Origin: Syntrophales bacterium | Lineage (GTDB): Bacteria > Desulfobacterota > Syntrophia > Syntrophales > UBA2185 | Assembly (NCBI GenBank): GCA_049521775.1 | Contig: JBEKOL010000014.1 | Location: forward strand, 3,496 to 67,495 | Length of the DNA: 64,000 nucleotides | Reading direction: 5' to 3' | Shown here: positions 1-10,023 of the stretch, one piece after another | Layout: the number at the start of each line of letters is the position of its first letter | Numbering within the stretch: position 1 is the first letter of the stretch | Notes under the pieces: model-generated | Databases searched by the model: none | The model's input: only the letters and a program-made list of their open reading frames with translations | What the model was told of the DNA's origin: nothing | Program-made: the position numbers and the translations under genes

Positions 1-984
1 CTTCTCTTCCGGTTCAGCTTTGTCCAGGTGCCGCAGGTATCTGAATATCTCGTTTTGAAGGGAGATGAGATAGCCCCCGAGAACCTTCTTGTAAAATATG
101 GTGACCGGCTTTAACCTGTCAGGTACTATATTGTCAACATTCTTCAGGTAGACTATATCTCCGCCGGTGCCGTTTAGATTATCCAGAAGGGCGCCGTGAC
201 CGCCTGGTCTGAAAACAAGCCCCCCCTTTTGATCCCGAAAAGGGCGGTTATCCAAATCCACGGCAATTGTATTGGTAGATGATTTCTGCGTCGAGAGTGC
301 AATATCAAAGGTTACATCATAGTATTTCTCATAATACCTTTCAATCACGTGCAGGTAATCCATCACGTCGCTTTGATGCTCCTCCGAGAGAGTGAAATGG
401 AGCCTGCATATGCGGCAGGCATCTTTCGTATAGAGAGCCGCCTCTACCAGATGCTCTTCAAGGGCAGTGCGGCTGCCGTTAGGATAGGCATGAAATTTCA
501 ACAGCGCTTTAGGGAGGTTGCCATAATTCAAACCTTTAGATGTCAAGATGTAGGCCAAGATATCGGCATGTCTTTGGACTTCCAACATCTTTTCAAGATC
601 TTCGCCTTCACGCATTATTACGTCATGCAAATCAGGATAAAATGCGAACCTTCTTAGCTCACCGGCAAACTCATCTCTATGTCTAGCATCCAAACTTCCT
701 TTCTCCAGATATACGTACCAATCCCTGAACATGCGACTGGCAGCCCCGGAAGCTGGTACAAACTTCAGCACTTTCTTTCCCATCCGGAGCTCTTCTTCGT
801 ATAATGCCGCCATTTTCGCGAGCTCTTCATCCGGAAGGGTCACGATACCATCATTAACAGTACACGGCCTGTTGAGTCTGATCGGGCGAACACCTCTCTT
901 GAAGAGGTCGATTTGCGCCAGCACTTGGTCGGAATTGAGGCCTTCTTTCTCAATTCGTCTTACATCCGCTTCCGTAAAAATCAT
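1..984 (-). CDS. DUF4301 family protein (nucleotide-sugar pyrophosphorylase-like); 3' end runs off the window
   Basis: Not in the ORF track; translated by hand from ATG at 984: MIFTEADVRRIEKEGLNSDQVLAQIDLFKRG...KFVPASGAASRMF...FRPGGHGALLDNL...IVYLKNVDNIVPDRLK, motifs typical of DUF4301. Confidence 0.85.
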   Translation of the reverse strand, partial: MIFTEADVRRIEKEGLNSDQVLAQIDLFKRGVRPIRLNRPCTVNDGIVTLPDEELAKMAALYEEELRMGKKVLKFVPASGAASRMFRDWYVYLEKGSLDARHRDEFAGELRRFAFYPDLHDVIMREGEDLEKMLEVQRHADILAYILTSKGLNYGNLPKALLKFHAYPNGSRTALEEHLVEAALYTKDACRICRLHFTLSEEHQSDVMDYLHVIERYYEKYYDVTFDIALSTQKSSTNTIAVDLDNRPFRDQKGGLVFRPGGHGALLDNLNGTGGDIVYLKNVDNIVPDRLKPVTIFYKKVLGGYLISLQNEIFRYLRHLDKAEPEEK

Positions 985-1055
985 ATTAATTTGTAATGCA
1001 CATTCCCTTCAATCAGGTTAGCTTGAACTGGAGCTGATAAATTTCTTCCGCCAAA

Positions 1056-1104
1056 CAAAAAAGGCGCCCCTTCCCTTCTGCCATTCCGCGCGAGAGCACC
1101 TCCG
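1056..1104 (-). terminator. Probable intrinsic terminator of the kinase/PP2C/FHA operon
   Basis: Minus strand GGAGGTGCTCT...GGGGCGCCTTTTTT; the stem has several G-U pairs and a long loop, followed by a U-run. Confidence 0.4.
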
Positions 1105-1139
1105 GTAAATTCTGTAAGCGCATTAATGCATCCAAAACG

Positions 1140-1244
1140 CTATTTTTTCTTGATCTTTTTTACCGAGCTTTTGCGCAGCCGGTTCCTTTCCCTCAATAGC
1201 CTTGATATGTCCTTCTGTCTTCGCGTGGGTCTTTCTCTTGTCAT
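1140..1244 (-). CDS. Putative 34-aa highly basic small protein
   Basis: Hand translation MTRERPTRRQKDISRLLRERNRLRKSSVKKIKKK*; starts 16 nt after the FHA gene stop; weak RBS. Confidence 0.3.
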   Translation of the reverse strand: MTRERPTRRQKDISRLLRERNRLRKSSVKKIKKK

Positions 1245-1260
1245 GGTTATCTGCTTTAAG

Positions 1261-1962
1261 TTATTCCTTCACATAATACTGCAACTTTAACCCGCCTGCT
1301 TCGACAATATCACCGTCTTTCAGGTCGTATTTGTGATCGACCTTCTGGCCGTTTACTTTCAACGTTTTTCCACCTGCAGGCGTGATAAAATACCCTTCCT
1401 TCCTTCTATTGACGAGGGCGGCCACTTTCGGGGCGAAGAAGCCCCTAAGATGAATACCGGCTCCGTCTTCCTTGCCAATAGTTATAACTCTTTCTTTGAG
1501 AAGATAATCCCTTTTTTCCGTCGATCCTTCAATAACTATGAAGCCACCCAGGATCTCGGGCTTGTCTTTGTCCTGAGAAGCCAGTATTTTTTTCTGATCT
1601 TCCGCGGCAATTACGACAGTTTCATTCATCGAACGCCCCCGCACGGCAAACCCCTTGGTCTCCGTATCTCTTGCCCTTCCCAAAATAACATCAAGCGTAT
1701 GAACACCGATTAAGACCACATCCCCGTTATGTAATTCGCCTTTAGATATTTTCTGGCCGTTGATATAAGTGCCGTTCAGGCTACTGGCATCCTCGATGAA
1801 TAGAGAATTCCCCTCCTTCTTTATCCGCGCGTGATAGCCGGACACGGCCTGATTATCGATGACGATATCATTATCCGTTTTTCTCCCTATGGTCATGACG
1901 TCCTGATCAAGCGGTATCTCTCTTATTACGGCTTCTTTAAATTTGAGCAAAACCTTCGCCAT
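1261..1962 (-). CDS. Double FHA-domain protein
   Basis: N-terminal FHA with canonical IGR..N.IVI...VSGYHARI...SLNGT; second FHA-like domain degenerate; GGAGG RBS. Confidence 0.9.
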   Translation of the reverse strand: MAKVLLKFKEAVIREIPLDQDVMTIGRKTDNDIVIDNQAVSGYHARIKKEGNSLFIEDASSLNGTYINGQKISKGELHNGDVVLIGVHTLDVILGRARDTETKGFAVRGRSMNETVVIAAEDQKKILASQDKDKPEILGGFIVIEGSTEKRDYLLKERVITIGKEDGAGIHLRGFFAPKVAALVNRRKEGYFITPAGGKTLKVNGQKVDHKYDLKDGDIVEAGGLKLQYYVKE

Positions 1963-1965
1963 ATA

Positions 1966-2772
1966 TCACCTCCTGAACCATTCCTTAAAATTTAATAGAA
2001 AAGATATCCAGCTTTTCTTCCTGACATATCCCACAATAACCGTTATGTTGTCCTTGCCGCCCTGTTCATTTGCGAGTTTTACCAGCCTGTCACATACCGC
2101 CGCCGGATTTCTCATGGACACCGTGAGATTAAGTATAGCATCATCGGAAACCATTGAGTTGAGACCGTCGGTACATAGCACCAGAATGTCACCTGCAGAC
2201 AAAGTCAACTCACTGACATCAACTTCAACGTCCGAAGCCACACCGAGAGCCCTGGTCAGCAAATTTCTCATTTCAGATTTCTGGGCCTCTTCTCTAGTTA
2301 ATAGATCACGTTTCACCTGTTCATAGACTACCGAATGGTCGTCGGTCAGCTGTTCAATATCACCAGCCCTCACCAGATAAACCCTGCTGTCACCGACGTG
2401 GGCGATACTCAATCTATTCCTGTTGATTACAACGGCCGCCACCGTCGTGCCCATACCCTGCCAGACTGCATTGCTTTTTGCAGCTTCATGTACCGCTTGG
2501 TTGGCAAGTCGAACCGCAGAACCGATCGCCTTTGCCATTTCGGAATGATCTTCGTCGAATTTCCCGACCAATGCCGCCCGACCCTCGTAAAACGCCTTGA
2601 AATAATCCCTTATTACATCGATAGCCAGTTTGCTCGCAATCTCTCCGGATGCATGCCCTCCCATGCCATCGGCAACCACAAAGAGGCCCGTCTTCTCATC
2701 AATGTAGAAACCGTCTTCGTTGTTGGGTCTGAGAAGACCCTTATCTGTTCTGCCGCAAGCATTAATTTCCAA
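1966..2772 (-). CDS. PP2C/PPM-family Ser/Thr protein phosphatase (Stp1/PrpC-like)
   Basis: Motifs NED, VADGMGGH, GTT, HVGDSR, LCTDGL, GGKDNIT. Confidence 0.95.
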   Translation of the reverse strand: MEINACGRTDKGLLRPNNEDGFYIDEKTGLFVVADGMGGHASGEIASKLAIDVIRDYFKAFYEGRAALVGKFDEDHSEMAKAIGSAVRLANQAVHEAAKSNAVWQGMGTTVAAVVINRNRLSIAHVGDSRVYLVRAGDIEQLTDDHSVVYEQVKRDLLTREEAQKSEMRNLLTRALGVASDVEVDVSELTLSAGDILVLCTDGLNSMVSDDAILNLTVSMRNPAAVCDRLVKLANEQGGKDNITVIVGYVRKKSWISFLLNFKEWFRR

Positions 2773-2781
2773 TGTTAGCTC

Positions 2782-5244
2782 CTAGAGAGAAAGGGCACTG
2801 AAGAGTTCCCTCCCCTGTTGGTATCGCGCCTCTCGGTCCTTGGAGAGCAATCTCTCAATAATGGAAACAAGATTATCCGGCACATCTGGTGCCAGTCCCT
2901 TAAGCGGCACGGGTGTCGAGTTCGTTATGTTGAACATCAGGGTAGTGATATTATCCCCCTGGAACGGCTTCTCACCGGTCAGCAACTCATAAAATACCAC
3001 ACCGAGGGAAAAAAGATCCGACCGGCCATCAACATGGTGGCCTACGATCTGTTCCGGTGACATGTAGCTCGGTGTTCCGATAACTGCGCCCGTCTTGGTA
3101 CTTGAAGAGGTCATAACCCTGGCAATACCGAAATCGGTAACCTTAACCTCCCCGTTTTTCAAGATCATGATGTTTGCAGGCTTGATATCCCTGTGGACGA
3201 CGCCACTACAATGGGCATAATCAAGGGCCTGGGCAACCGACGTGATAATCTTCGTTACCTCACCAAGATGCAACAAATTTCCCTTCTGGCAATATTTAGT
3301 AAGGTCGCTGCCGTCAAGAAGCTCCATAGCCATGTATGCAAGGTCGTAGTCTTCGCCGACATCATAAATAGTAACAATATTAGGATGAGAAAGTTTGCCC
3401 GCGGCCTCAGCTTCCCTGAAGAATCTCTTCTTCACTTCCGCAAGCTGCTCCTCATCGACCTCTTCATATCGCAGTGTCTTAATAGCGACTTCCCTGTTGA
3501 TCTTGGGATCCTGGCCCAGGTACACAACTCCCATAGCTCCCCGGCCCAGTTCCTTTATAACCTCATAGCGTCCGAGAGTAGGCTTGGTCTCCGCGCCGTC
3601 CATGAGTAAGGTTGTATCTTTCTTGGCGCCTCCCAGGCCGAATATCATCGTATCACCTGCCGCTTTAAGCTTCTTGGCCCGCTCCTCAATATCCTTGAAG
3701 TTTCCCGCCTGCGCAATATATTCATAGACAGCTACGGCTTTGTTAAACATCCGCTTTCTCTCAAAATCAAGGCCTAAGTTATACAGCAGCTCTTTAACCG
3801 ACTTATCATCAACAGGACATTTGCAGAACTTTTCGAAGGCCAAATCAAGCATACCTTGTCCTTGGAACGATAGCCCCAGCATCTTATTGGTTTCGTAACT
3901 GTCCGCCTCAATGCGCTCCTTCGCTTCTTCCGCAAAAAAGTATCCCTTAGTAACCACCATGGTATAGCCGATCAGCATAAGAAGGGACGGATGGACAAGT
4001 TTGACCCAGTATCTGTAATTTATCAGGAGATACGTCCCCGCTCCGATCCAGATCAGCAGGATGATAAGCGATGCTATGGCACTGATCCTGATCTTCAGCC
4101 TGGGTATAACCAATGCCAGGAACAAGCCAAAGAAAACGGTGACCCCTATCTCCAAAGGGAATGCCCAGGCAGGGCGCACGATATAATCACCTGAGAGGAT
4201 ATTGTCGGCGACATTGGCGATGATACCCCAGGATGGAACATTGGGTCCAATGGGCGTAACCTCTAAAGCGCCGAGACCGATTGCGCTCTGGGCGATGATA
4301 ATGATCTTATCCTTGAATGCCTCCGGAGGTGCCTTGTTGTTGGCCACATCATAGAAAGAGAAATAGGGAAAGCTCTTGCTGAAGCCGATGAGCATCTCAC
4401 CTTTGTCGGATGTGGTGATGCTGTTGTTTCCAAAATTCACTCCACCAGTGATACTCACATCTTTTATATCGTAGTTCAAATATTTCAAGGATAGCTGCAG
4501 CCCGAATGACGGGTATGCCCGTCCTTCGTAATATACAAGCAGCGGCTCACTTCGTACTGTGCCGTCAACATCGGGAACAACATTAATGTGCCCGAGAGCC
4601 AAAGCTTTCATCGCAAAATCAGGGATTGGCGGAACAATCTGTCTTGCCGCCATGCTTCCCTCCTGGGACGCTGCGGGCATAGAATTCTGTTTCAGGTAAT
4701 CCGGAATTTCAGGTCCTTTGCTGTCGATTGAGCCGCCCAGGATGAAAACCAGGGGCAATACTACCTTCTTACTCTCTCCGATGGCTGCCCCAAGTATTGC
4801 ATCATTATCCAGTTTCTTTTCTGTTTCTTTCAGCGTGGTATAGATATTGTTGACCTGCGTGTTTTTCAGCACGCCGGCATCACTCTCTATATTCTTGAGA
4901 ATATCGCGCACCTCTGTCAGACCTTGGTTCATATCACTTTCAGAATAGATGATATTTACCCCTATCACTTTTGCTTCACACTTGTTGAGAAATTCTATCA
5001 TGCGTGCAATATAACCCCGCGGCCACGGCCATCTGCCCATGTTGGCGATGCTCTCATCGTCTATCGCTACAATCACAATAGGGGAATTGGAAGCCTTCTC
5101 CTTCAAACTGGAAACCGCGTCATAAACCTTGTATTCTAAATATTTCGTCGGCTTCCATTCAAAATAGAAAGCGGCAACCGTCAAGACCGTAAGAATCGTC
5201 CCGATTAAAATATCTGAAATAACAGATCCGATTAACTTGTTCAT
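2782..5244 (-). CDS. CHASE2-domain membrane sensor Hanks-type Ser/Thr kinase
   Basis: N-terminal TM; CHASE2 (IVAIDDESI..GRWPWPR, PDVDGTVR); 3 TMs; kinase motifs GRGAMG, VAIK, HRDIKPAN, DFG, GTPSYMSPE. Start placed at ATG 5244 after GAGGG. Confidence 0.93.
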   Translation of the reverse strand: MNKLIGSVISDILIGTILTVLTVAAFYFEWKPTKYLEYKVYDAVSSLKEKASNSPIVIVAIDDESIANMGRWPWPRGYIARMIEFLNKCEAKVIGVNIIYSESDMNQGLTEVRDILKNIESDAGVLKNTQVNNIYTTLKETEKKLDNDAILGAAIGESKKVVLPLVFILGGSIDSKGPEIPDYLKQNSMPAASQEGSMAARQIVPPIPDFAMKALALGHINVVPDVDGTVRSEPLLVYYEGRAYPSFGLQLSLKYLNYDIKDVSITGGVNFGNNSITTSDKGEMLIGFSKSFPYFSFYDVANNKAPPEAFKDKIIIIAQSAIGLGALEVTPIGPNVPSWGIIANVADNILSGDYIVRPAWAFPLEIGVTVFFGLFLALVIPRLKIRISAIASLIILLIWIGAGTYLLINYRYWVKLVHPSLLMLIGYTMVVTKGYFFAEEAKERIEADSYETNKMLGLSFQGQGMLDLAFEKFCKCPVDDKSVKELLYNLGLDFERKRMFNKAVAVYEYIAQAGNFKDIEERAKKLKAAGDTMIFGLGGAKKDTTLLMDGAETKPTLGRYEVIKELGRGAMGVVYLGQDPKINREVAIKTLRYEEVDEEQLAEVKKRFFREAEAAGKLSHPNIVTIYDVGEDYDLAYMAMELLDGSDLTKYCQKGNLLHLGEVTKIITSVAQALDYAHCSGVVHRDIKPANIMILKNGEVKVTDFGIARVMTSSSTKTGAVIGTPSYMSPEQIVGHHVDGRSDLFSLGVVFYELLTGEKPFQGDNITTLMFNITNSTPVPLKGLAPDVPDNLVSIIERLLSKDREARYQQGRELFSALSL

Positions 5245-5655
5245 ATATTCCCTCATTATTAATTATCGCATAAAGACAGGAAAAGATACGCTAGGCCGGT
5301 CGCCCGCTGTCAATACCTGCGAAATTCGTAGACACTATATCATATTTTTTACCAGAGCATCGGGCAAATTCCAGAAAATATCGCTACAAATTAAAATTTT
5401 TTTATTCTCAATCTTGTAAAGCACAAAAAAACAATTCCCCATGCTTTGAAAACTTCTTCCTGCCTTAGAAAGCAACCATTGCATCAACAATAACCGCATG
5501 CAATATTATTAATGTTTAATCGCGAAATTCGTCATTCTGTGCTTGTACTTACCATCTATTTCTATATGGACGCACATGCCCCGCTGAGCATGCTCCTGCG
5601 TGTGGGCACACCAAACTGCAGAGCCTGGCTTTAGGAACGGAATACTGGCTTAAGC

Positions 5656-8600
5656 TTAGCCGCGATAACGGTGCAAATATCCCCGCACTACTTTCTGGAA
5701 TGAGTCGAGATAGATATATATGACGGGAGAAATATAAAGGGTCACTATCTGTGAGAATAAGAGACCTCCGACTACGGCCATTCCCAGAGGCCGCCGCGAT
5801 TCGGCGCCCGCGCCCAAGCCAAGGGCAATGGGTAATGTTGCCATGAGGGCCGACATAGTTGTCATCATGATCGGACGGAACCGAATGAGCGCGCCCTGGA
5901 AGATCGCTTCCTCTGGCGTCTTGCCCTCCTTCCTTTCCGCATCCAAGGCAAAGTCAATCATCATGATCGCATTCTTCTTGACAATCCCTATGAGCATGAT
6001 GACCCCTACCAAGGCATACAGATTAAGGTCAATGTGAAAGATCAGAAGTGTCAGAAGCGCCCCGAGTCCAGCAGAGGGCAGTCCCGAAAGTATTGTAATC
6101 GGATGGATGTAGCTCTCGTAAAGAATGCCGAGCACGATGTAAATTACCAGGATGGCAACAAGAATCAGAATACCAAGACCTGCCATGGACGACTTGAAGG
6201 CTTGTGCCGTACCCTGCAGGCTGCCTGTTATTGTTGCAGGAAGAACTGCCCTCGAAGTCTTCTCCACGCCAGCCACGGCATCGCCCAATGACTTCCCGAG
6301 GGCAAGATTAAATGATACCGTTACAGCCGGGATCTGTCCAAAATGGTTGACCGTAAGGGGTCCTACGGTGCGCTCCAAGGTCGCCACCGTGCTCAAGGGA
6401 ACGAGGTTGCCGGATGATGATCGGACGTAAAGAAGAGAAAGGGCGGAGGGCTCCAGCTGGTACTCTGGCTCAAGCTCGATAATGACCCAGTATTGGTTTG
6501 TCTGTCCATAGATCGTCGATATCTGACGGGATGAGTATGCGCTGTATAGGGCATCCTCCACCTGACCGGCACTGAGACCGAGGGCTGAGGCCTTATCCCT
6601 GTCAATCCTTACGTAGATCTGGGGACTCTTTATCTGCAGGTCGCTCGTTACATCCAGGAAGCCCGGCAGCTCTCTGAGCTTCGCCTCTAGGACAGGCGCG
6701 TGTTTGTAAAGCTCGTTCATGTCCGAGCTCTGAAGGGTATACTGGTATTGGCTCTTTGTTAGGAGTCCACCGACGTTTATGGGTGGCGGGTTTTGCATAA
6801 ATACCCTTATTCCCGCAACCGGAGCCAGCTTCGGTCTGAGCTCCTGAATTACCTCATCGGCGCTTAGACTACGTTCGCTCCTTGGCTTAAGGCGTATGAA
6901 CATGCGGCCAATGTTGGACGACACCGTGCTTCCCACTGCTCCCACGTTGGACATGAAACCACTGACATTTGGATCTTGCGCGACAATCTCGGCGAGTTTC
7001 CTCTGATGTTGAACAAGGGATTGAAAGGATATCTCCTCCGCCGCCTCTGTAAAGCAAACAATCTGACCAGTGTCCTCGCTAGGAAGGAATCCTTTCGGAG
7101 TTATGAAATAGAGCCCGATAACCCCGATCAGAAAAATGAAGGAGGCAATGAGGGTCGTTCGCCTGTAATGCAAGGCCCATTTCAGGCTTATTTCATATGC
7201 ACCGCGCATCCTTTCGAAGAACCGTTCGGAAATCTGGTAGAGACGGCCATGTTTCGCTTCGCCGGGCGGGTGGAGAAAACGGCTGCAGAGCATGGGCGTC
7301 AAGGTTAGTGATACAAACCCGGAAATGAGAACGGCAACAGAGATGGTAACGGCAAACTCATGAAGCAGTCTTCCGACGATGCCGCCCATGAAAAGAACGG
7401 GAATAAAAACGGCAACGAGTGAAAGTGTCATGGAAAGTATAGTAAAGCTAATTTCCCGCGATCCTTTATAAGCCGCCTCCATTACACTTTCACCGTGCTC
7501 CATGTGTCGGACAATATTCTCCAGCATGACAATAGCGTCGTCGACCACAAACCCAACGCACAGTGTGAGGGCCATCAACGACAGGTTATCGAGGCTGTAG
7601 CCGCAGAGATACATCACTGCAAAGGTCCCTATGATCGACATGGGCAGGGCGAGGCTCGGGATGACAGTGGCGGAGACGTTGCGTAGAAACACAAAGATTA
7701 CCAGGATGACGAGAACAAGTGCCAGGATTAAGGTGAACTCAACATCATGGACCGATTCCTTTATGGGAACCGAACGATCATAGAGGATATCAAGGTTCAC
7801 CGATGCCGGGAGATCGTGCTGGAAGCTGGGAAGAATATCCTTTATGGACTGCACAACCTCAATGGTATTGGTGCCCGGCTGGCGAAGTATGGCGAGGACT
7901 ATGGCGCGGTTGCCATTGTACCACGCGGCAATCTTGTCATTTTGGACGCTGTCAATTACATGCCCCAGCTCACCCAGCCTCACCGGTGAGCCCCCGCGAT
8001 AGGCCACGATGAGCGGCCTGTAAGCGGCCGCATCGTTGAGCTGCCCCGTGGCCTGCACGGTAAACGCCTGATGCGTTCCCCAAAGAGTGCCTGTTGGGAT
8101 GTTCACATTGCCCGATGCGATTGCGCTCGCAACCTCGTCGATGCCTATGCCCCTTGAAGCGAGGGCCTTCGGATCAAGACGGGCGCGGACGGCATACTTC
8201 TGGGACCCATACACCATGACCTCAGCCACGCCGCTGATCATGGAAATGCGCTGAGCAAGGATGTTCTCCGCATACTCGTCAACTGTCGACAGCGGCAGAG
8301 TTGCCGTGCTCATAGCGAGATAAAGGATTGGCCAGTCTGCCGGGTTCACCTTCCTAAAGGTCGGAGGAGTGGGTAGATTTTGGGGGAGCTGGCTCGCCGC
8401 CGTAGCTATGGCGGTTTGAACGTCCTGGGCCGCCGCATCGATGTTACGGCTCAGGTCGAACTGCAGTGTGATCTTGCTGATACCAAGACCATTCGTCGAG
8501 GTCATGGAATCGAGGCCGGCAATGGTGGAAAATTGTTTTTCAAGGGGTGTTGCACAGGTAGAAGCCATCGTTTCTGGGCTCGCGCCCGGCAGGTTGACAG

Positions 8601-8742
8601 TAACAAGGATCGTAGGGAAGTCGACATTGGGAAGATCACTGACCGGAAGGGATCGATAGGCTACAAACCCAAAGAGCAGTATCGCCGTCATGACAAGGGT
8701 TGTCATAATTGGCCGGCGTATAAAGATGTCTGAAAGATTCAT
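5656..8742 (-). CDS. RND efflux permease, MdtB/MdtC-like
   Basis: FIRRPIMTTL, LPNVDFPTI, GFVVDDAIVMLENI, GIVKKNAIMMIDFA, RFRPIMMTT. Confidence 0.95.
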   Translation of the reverse strand: MNLSDIFIRRPIMTTLVMTAILLFGFVAYRSLPVSDLPNVDFPTILVTVNLPGASPETMASTCATPLEKQFSTIAGLDSMTSTNGLGISKITLQFDLSRNIDAAAQDVQTAIATAASQLPQNLPTPPTFRKVNPADWPILYLAMSTATLPLSTVDEYAENILAQRISMISGVAEVMVYGSQKYAVRARLDPKALASRGIGIDEVASAIASGNVNIPTGTLWGTHQAFTVQATGQLNDAAAYRPLIVAYRGGSPVRLGELGHVIDSVQNDKIAAWYNGNRAIVLAILRQPGTNTIEVVQSIKDILPSFQHDLPASVNLDILYDRSVPIKESVHDVEFTLILALVLVILVIFVFLRNVSATVIPSLALPMSIIGTFAVMYLCGYSLDNLSLMALTLCVGFVVDDAIVMLENIVRHMEHGESVMEAAYKGSREISFTILSMTLSLVAVFIPVLFMGGIVGRLLHEFAVTISVAVLISGFVSLTLTPMLCSRFLHPPGEAKHGRLYQISERFFERMRGAYEISLKWALHYRRTTLIASFIFLIGVIGLYFITPKGFLPSEDTGQIVCFTEAAEEISFQSLVQHQRKLAEIVAQDPNVSGFMSNVGAVGSTVSSNIGRMFIRLKPRSERSLSADEVIQELRPKLAPVAGIRVFMQNPPPINVGGLLTKSQYQYTLQSSDMNELYKHAPVLEAKLRELPGFLDVTSDLQIKSPQIYVRIDRDKASALGLSAGQVEDALYSAYSSRQISTIYGQTNQYWVIIELEPEYQLEPSALSLLYVRSSSGNLVPLSTVATLERTVGPLTVNHFGQIPAVTVSFNLALGKSLGDAVAGVEKTSRAVLPATITGSLQGTAQAFKSSMAGLGILILVAILVIYIVLGILYESYIHPITILSGLPSAGLGALLTLLIFHIDLNLYALVGVIMLIGIVKKNAIMMIDFALDAERKEGKTPEEAIFQGALIRFRPIMMTTMSALMATLPIALGLGAGAESRRPLGMAVVGGLLFSQIVTLYISPVIYIYLDSFQKVVRGYLHRYRG

Positions 8743-8764
8743 GTGGGCGCTTTCCCGTACTTAC

Positions 8765-9883
8765 TCAGGGCGTCTCTTTAATCGTCACTTGGGCCCCCGG
8801 TATGATCCGCAACTGGCCATCCGTAACTACCCGATCTCCCGCCTGGATCCCTTTCACTATAGCAGTTTCTCCATTGATGGTGACTCCTATCGTGACAGGT
8901 CTCATATCCGCTGTGAGATCCGGCTTGACGACAAAGATGTATTGCCCTGATTGCCCTGTCTGAATGGCTTGTGAAGGGACCATTATGGCGTTGGGCTCCT
9001 TTCTCAACGTCAAGACCACGGTAACGAACTGACCGGGCCAAAGAGGCTTTTCACTGTTGGCGAAAGTTCCCTTGAGGATGATGGTCCCCGTCACTTTATT
9101 TACTGCGTTGTCTATAAAGGTAAGCAGACCTTGCTCTGGTCGTTCATCTTTGGAGATAACGGCTTCCACTTTTAGTTTTTCAATCGCCTGGTACTTCTTA
9201 ACTGCGGGCAAATCATTTTCGTTGATGGTGAATGTGACATAGATAGGCTGGACCTGGTTGATGACAACCAGTTCCACGTCATTGGCCTTGACAATATTTC
9301 CCTGATTCAGCTTCAGTGACCCCGTTCGCCCGCTAATAGGAGAATAAATAGAGCAGTACTGGACCTGGACGCGATTATTCTCAATAACGGCCTTATCTGC
9401 CTTCAAAGTAGCTTCCAGCGCGGCCGCATTTGTCCGAACCTGATCATACTGTTGCCTCGTGACAAATTGATCCTCCAAAAGGGCCGTATACCGCTCCAAG
9501 TCCAACTGAGCGTTTTTTGCCTGGGCCTCATCCCTTGCCAGATTGGCCTCTGCCTGCTTTACCGCCTCCACGTACGGTCGGCAGTCGAGTTCATAGAGAA
9601 GATATCCCTTGCCAACGTCCTGACCTTCCTTGAAATTGACCTTCGTTATTTCTCCGGTAATTTGTGCTTTCACCGATATGGTCTGATAGGGTTCGACATT
9701 CCCGATCGCATTAATCTGCACGGGAATTGTCTTCTCCACTGCCGAAACTACTACAACCGGCACCGGAGGGGGTACGGGTTTTTCCTTTTTAGAACAGCCA
9801 TAAATTAAGCCGGCAGCGACAAATAAGAGAATCAACCACCTTCCCAAGTTGACAACCAAACTTTTTGAAGAACCATCAGTCAT
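8765..9883 (-). CDS. RND membrane fusion protein, MdtA-like lipoprotein
   Basis: Lipobox LIYGC, FKEGQDV, IYSPISGRTG, LWPGQFV, VVTDGQLR. Confidence 0.93.
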   Translation of the reverse strand: MTDGSSKSLVVNLGRWLILLFVAAGLIYGCSKKEKPVPPPVPVVVVSAVEKTIPVQINAIGNVEPYQTISVKAQITGEITKVNFKEGQDVGKGYLLYELDCRPYVEAVKQAEANLARDEAQAKNAQLDLERYTALLEDQFVTRQQYDQVRTNAAALEATLKADKAVIENNRVQVQYCSIYSPISGRTGSLKLNQGNIVKANDVELVVINQVQPIYVTFTINENDLPAVKKYQAIEKLKVEAVISKDERPEQGLLTFIDNAVNKVTGTIILKGTFANSEKPLWPGQFVTVVLTLRKEPNAIMVPSQAIQTGQSGQYIFVVKPDLTADMRPVTIGVTINGETAIVKGIQAGDRVVTDGQLRIIPGAQVTIKETP

Positions 9884-10023
9884 TGTTTTTACCTATATTG
9901 CCTCATATATTATTCACCACATTACCTCTTGTAATATAAGGATTTTTCTAACGGCGAAGGCCTGCGGCAATTTCTTTTCTATTGTCCCCTCACGGACAAA
10001 GACACCGGGCTAATTGACAGCTC

